From positions 64,001 through 120,168 of IMG/VR virus record IMGVR_UViG_3300044699_000054: DNA of 56,168 bases. One strand, given 5' to 3'. Positions 53,930-56,168 of the stretch are shown piece by piece. Under the pieces are notes generated by a model. That model saw only the letters and a list, made by a program, of their open reading frames with translations. It was not told the DNA's origin and searched no databases. A program made the translations under genes and the position numbers. Position 1 is the first letter of the stretch. Every line of letters begins with the position of its first letter. This DNA is from a virus. Lineage: Duplodnaviria; Heunggongvirae; Uroviricota; Caudoviricetes.

Positions 53930-54196
53930 TCAGTTCAGGTGCGCGGCCTCAGCTTTCGCCAGGATCGCTTCCACCTCAATGCGCGCCTCCCTTATGGCGG
54001 CTAGCATCGGCTGGGCCTTCGCTTGGAACTCCTCGTCTGTCAGTGTTACGTGCGGCTCGGCTTGCAGAACCACCACCGGGGGTGTCGATTCTGTGACCGC
54101 GACCAGCACCATCTTGATCATGTCCTCAATCGTGAGGTCGAGATCAGTCGGCAGTGCCAGCGTGATCGTTACCGGGACATCGACGTACGCGTACAT
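53930..54196 (-). CDS. Hypothetical protein
   Basis: RBS plus hairpin element. Confidence 0.55.
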   Translation of the reverse strand: MYAYVDVPVTITLALPTDLDLTIEDMIKMVLVAVTESTPPVVVLQAEPHVTLTDEEFQAKAQPMLAAIREARIEVEAILAKAEAAHLN

Positions 54197-54366
54197 GACG
54201 CTCCCTCCTGCCCACGACCGTCGCGGGCATTGCGACCCGGCTACCCTCACGGGTACGCCCTCCCCTCTGCCTACGCGTTACGCGGCATGTGTCCCCGTAC
54301 GGGACTCGGGTGGCCACGGCGCTAGCCGTGACAGGCCACGCAGGCCGGTTTCCCCGGCTGCTAGTA

Positions 54367-54396
54367 TCATGATACCATACCCGATCACATTTTGTC
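54367..54396 (-). promoter_or_regulatory. Leftward promoter CGACAA-17-TATCAT
   Basis: GACAAAATGTG family. Confidence 0.55.
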
Positions 54397-54453
54397 GGTG
54401 GGGATCGCTTGGTATCGAGCGCACGGGTACGGTTGCCCGTACCCGTGCCCTGC

Positions 54454-54798
54454 CTACGCCTGTGCGGCCGTGATGCGCTTACGCGCGGCTGCCCGTAGCT
54501 TGCCGTCATCCGTGAAGTCACGGCCGTCGATAACCTCATACGTGCCGCCGAAATGGTCGGCCGTGGCCTTGACTAGATCCACGCCACCGACCCTATCGAA
54601 CGCCTCATCCGTACGGATCAATGCGACGGCCGCGCCGTCTGGCAGCCTCACCGTGGACAGCACCGCGCGCCGGACATCTAGGATCGCTCCTGTGTCCTGG
54701 CAGAACATCTCGCGCTGCACCGCGTAGAGCAGTGTTTGGTAATTCACGTACGCATCACGGTCGATATCGTCGCCCATGATGGCATCCATGATTCCCAT
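54454..54798 (-). CDS. Hypothetical protein
   Basis: RBS plus hairpin element. Confidence 0.6.
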   Translation of the reverse strand: MGIMDAIMGDDIDRDAYVNYQTLLYAVQREMFCQDTGAILDVRRAVLSTVRLPDGAAVALIRTDEAFDRVGGVDLVKATADHFGGTYEVIDGRDFTDDGKLRAAARKRITAAQA

Positions 54799-54875
54799 GG
54801 TCGTGCTCCTTCCCGGACGGGCGACCGTCGCCCATCCTCGCACCTGTGCCCGCGTGAACGGGCACAGGCTTACGG

Positions 54876-55268
54876 TCATGTCACGGGCTGTTTCATGGCC
54901 TCTCGCCAGATGTATCCGGCTCGATCCTTCAGGTGCGCGGCGAGCTGCTTACGGAACTCGGCGTCTGACCTCTTCGGAAAGACGTTTGTCACTAGCCCGA
55001 TGTAGCGCTGCACGTCCTCCGGTGTGATGTACCGGTCCTTGACCGTTACCTCGTCCGTGTCGAATTCGTGCAGCATCGGGCCATAGACGCGCTCCCATGC
55101 GTACACTCGCGCGAACCACTCCTCAGCATTCGCCTCGGTGATCTCGCCCCAACCGATACCCATACACAGGTGCACGATAACGGTTGTCATTGCCGGCGGT
55201 GGCCACGTCTCGCCGTCCCACAATTCCTCGTGGTTGGCGCAGCCTGTGACATTGAAATCGAGAGACAT
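54876..55268 (-). CDS. Hypothetical protein
   Basis: GAAGGGAG RBS plus hairpin element. Confidence 0.6.
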   Translation of the reverse strand: MSLDFNVTGCANHEELWDGETWPPPAMTTVIVHLCMGIGWGEITEANAEEWFARVYAWERVYGPMLHEFDTDEVTVKDRYITPEDVQRYIGLVTNVFPKRSDAEFRKQLAAHLKDRAGYIWREAMKQPVT

Positions 55269-55340
55269 AGCTCCCTTCCTTCACGAGCGACCGTCGCTCG
55301 CTAGTGCGGCCGTACCCGTCACCGGATACGGCCGCGACGA

Positions 55341-55562
55341 TCATTGCAGGTCAGATGAGTCGTACTGACCGATGACACACTCCACGTGCGCATCCGCGCC
55401 GTGGTAGGACATGCCGTCATCACAGCAGTGAATGAAGCCGTCACACAGCACGCAGCGTGCCATGATCAGACAGTCTGGCCCGGGGGCATGATCGTCGGCA
55501 GGACGGGTATAGATCTCCGTCCCTGTATCGCCATCCTCGTGGGACGAGATACATGCGGCCAT
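55341..55562 (-). CDS. Small Cys/His-rich protein
   Basis: RBS plus hairpin element. Confidence 0.5.
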   Translation of the reverse strand: MAACISSHEDGDTGTEIYTRPADDHAPGPDCLIMARCVLCDGFIHCCDDGMSYHGADAHVECVIGQYDSSDLQ

Positions 55563-55640
55563 GACTGGCCTCCCTTCTGGACAGTCGACCGTCGGCTGTC
55601 CTCGCAACCGGGCACCCATCACTGGGCGCCCGGTTCACTG

Positions 55641-55877
55641 CTAGCTGAGTCTGATCAGCTCGAACGTCTCGGATGGCAGGTGCAGAACGATCACGCCTAG
55701 CGCCGCGTCATCCTCACACACAACCACACACTCCTCACACACCCTGTCAGGCCCGTGAGTCGCCGTCGCACCGGTCTCCTCATTCACGCAGTGTTGGATC
55801 ACTACCACGTCCGGCATAGCCGGCCGTCCACACTCGCACGCCTCAAGGATCGTGTGCACGGGCGGGATGGTAAGCAT
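55641..55877 (-). CDS. Small CxC..CxxC protein
   Basis: RBS plus hairpin element. Confidence 0.5.
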   Translation of the reverse strand: MLTIPPVHTILEACECGRPAMPDVVVIQHCVNEETGATATHGPDRVCEECVVVCEDDAALGVIVLHLPSETFELIRLS

Positions 55878-55927
55878 GGTTGCGCTCCCTTCCGGTAGCG
55901 CGGACCGTTCCCCGCTACCTGGTATCA

Positions 55928-55957
55928 CTATACCATGGGCACCCCACATTTTGTCAT
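55928..55957 (-). promoter_or_regulatory. Leftward promoter TGACAA-18-TATAGT
   Basis: GACAAAATGTG family. Confidence 0.6.
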
Positions 55958-56139
55958 TCGTCCAGGTCAGGGGCAGTCTCCGGCGGGAGGGTCGCCAGTG
56001 CTCGCCGGTATCTGTCGGCCTGCTCCATGTCTGCCTTCGTCGGCTGTCGGCCGGCCAGTTTGTCCGCTGCCATGCGTCGGTCGGGACCCTCGGCTAGTGC
56101 GCGCAGCAGTCGAGCGCGCTCCGCATCCGTGCGTGTCAC
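55954..56139 (-). CDS. Hypothetical protein
   Basis: GAGGAG RBS. Confidence 0.5.
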   Translation of the reverse strand: MTRTDAERARLLRALAEGPDRRMAADKLAGRQPTKADMEQADRYRRALATLPPETAPDLDE

Positions 56140-56168
56140 TGTCTCACTCCTCTGTAGGGGTACATAAC

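Larger units (their letters stand above)
46351..55915 (-). repeat. 21 copies of a gene-associated hairpin element (variable stem, invariant GACCGT core), usually preceded by a GCCGTACCCG..CGGGTACGG-type hairpin
   Basis: Core positions 46360, 46677, 47656, 48094, 49063, 49401, 49808, 51009, 51382, 51697, 52112, 52629, 52991, 53273, 53536, 53875, 54216, 54823, 55289, 55587, 55903. Confidence 0.9.

Noticed and set aside
46351-55915. CRISPR array interpretation of the repeated hairpins
   Set aside because: The units are separated by whole genes of variable length and the arms vary in sequence. The Cas4-like protein is a stand-alone phage exonuclease with no cas1/cas2.
1-56168. Integrase, repressor cassette or rRNA genes
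   Set aside because: None recognisable in this window; lifestyle cannot be determined.

Overview
56 kb segment of a large dsDNA actinobacteriophage. The host is inferred from GC content, SigA/HrdB-type promoters, leaderless starts and gene families typical of Streptomyces/Micromonospora phages. (1) 1-9.4 kb, minus strand: head genes (giant ART-like/Lys-Ala-rich protein, two prohead-protease-related genes, MuF, portal). (2) 9.5-24.7 kb, plus strand: a translation island that separates terL from portal. It holds 39 canonical tRNA genes plus one atypical tRNA-like gene, a 79-nt tmRNA reduced to its tRNA-like domain, a circularly permuted tRNA-like (YrlA-type) RNA, a GGQ release-factor-like gene, an HNH nuclease, a papain-like peptidase and several unexplained structured RNAs. 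One more tRNA (Val) lies at 27 kb, giving 40 canonical tRNAs covering all 20 amino acids. (3) 25-38 kb: terminase, LAGLIDADG-like protein, two ParB-like genes, Cas4-like exonuclease, SSB, primase-helicase and DNA polymerase A. (4) 38-45 kb: accessory genes, an M23 peptidase, tandem paralogs and an AT-rich locus. (5) 45.8-56.2 kb: a leftward array of small putative early genes, almost each preceded by the same two-hairpin element with covarying stems and an invariant GACCGT core (21 copies). At least 9 genes carry frameshifts that look like long-read indel errors, so single-base anomalies need caution. All calls are by eye; no searches were run.
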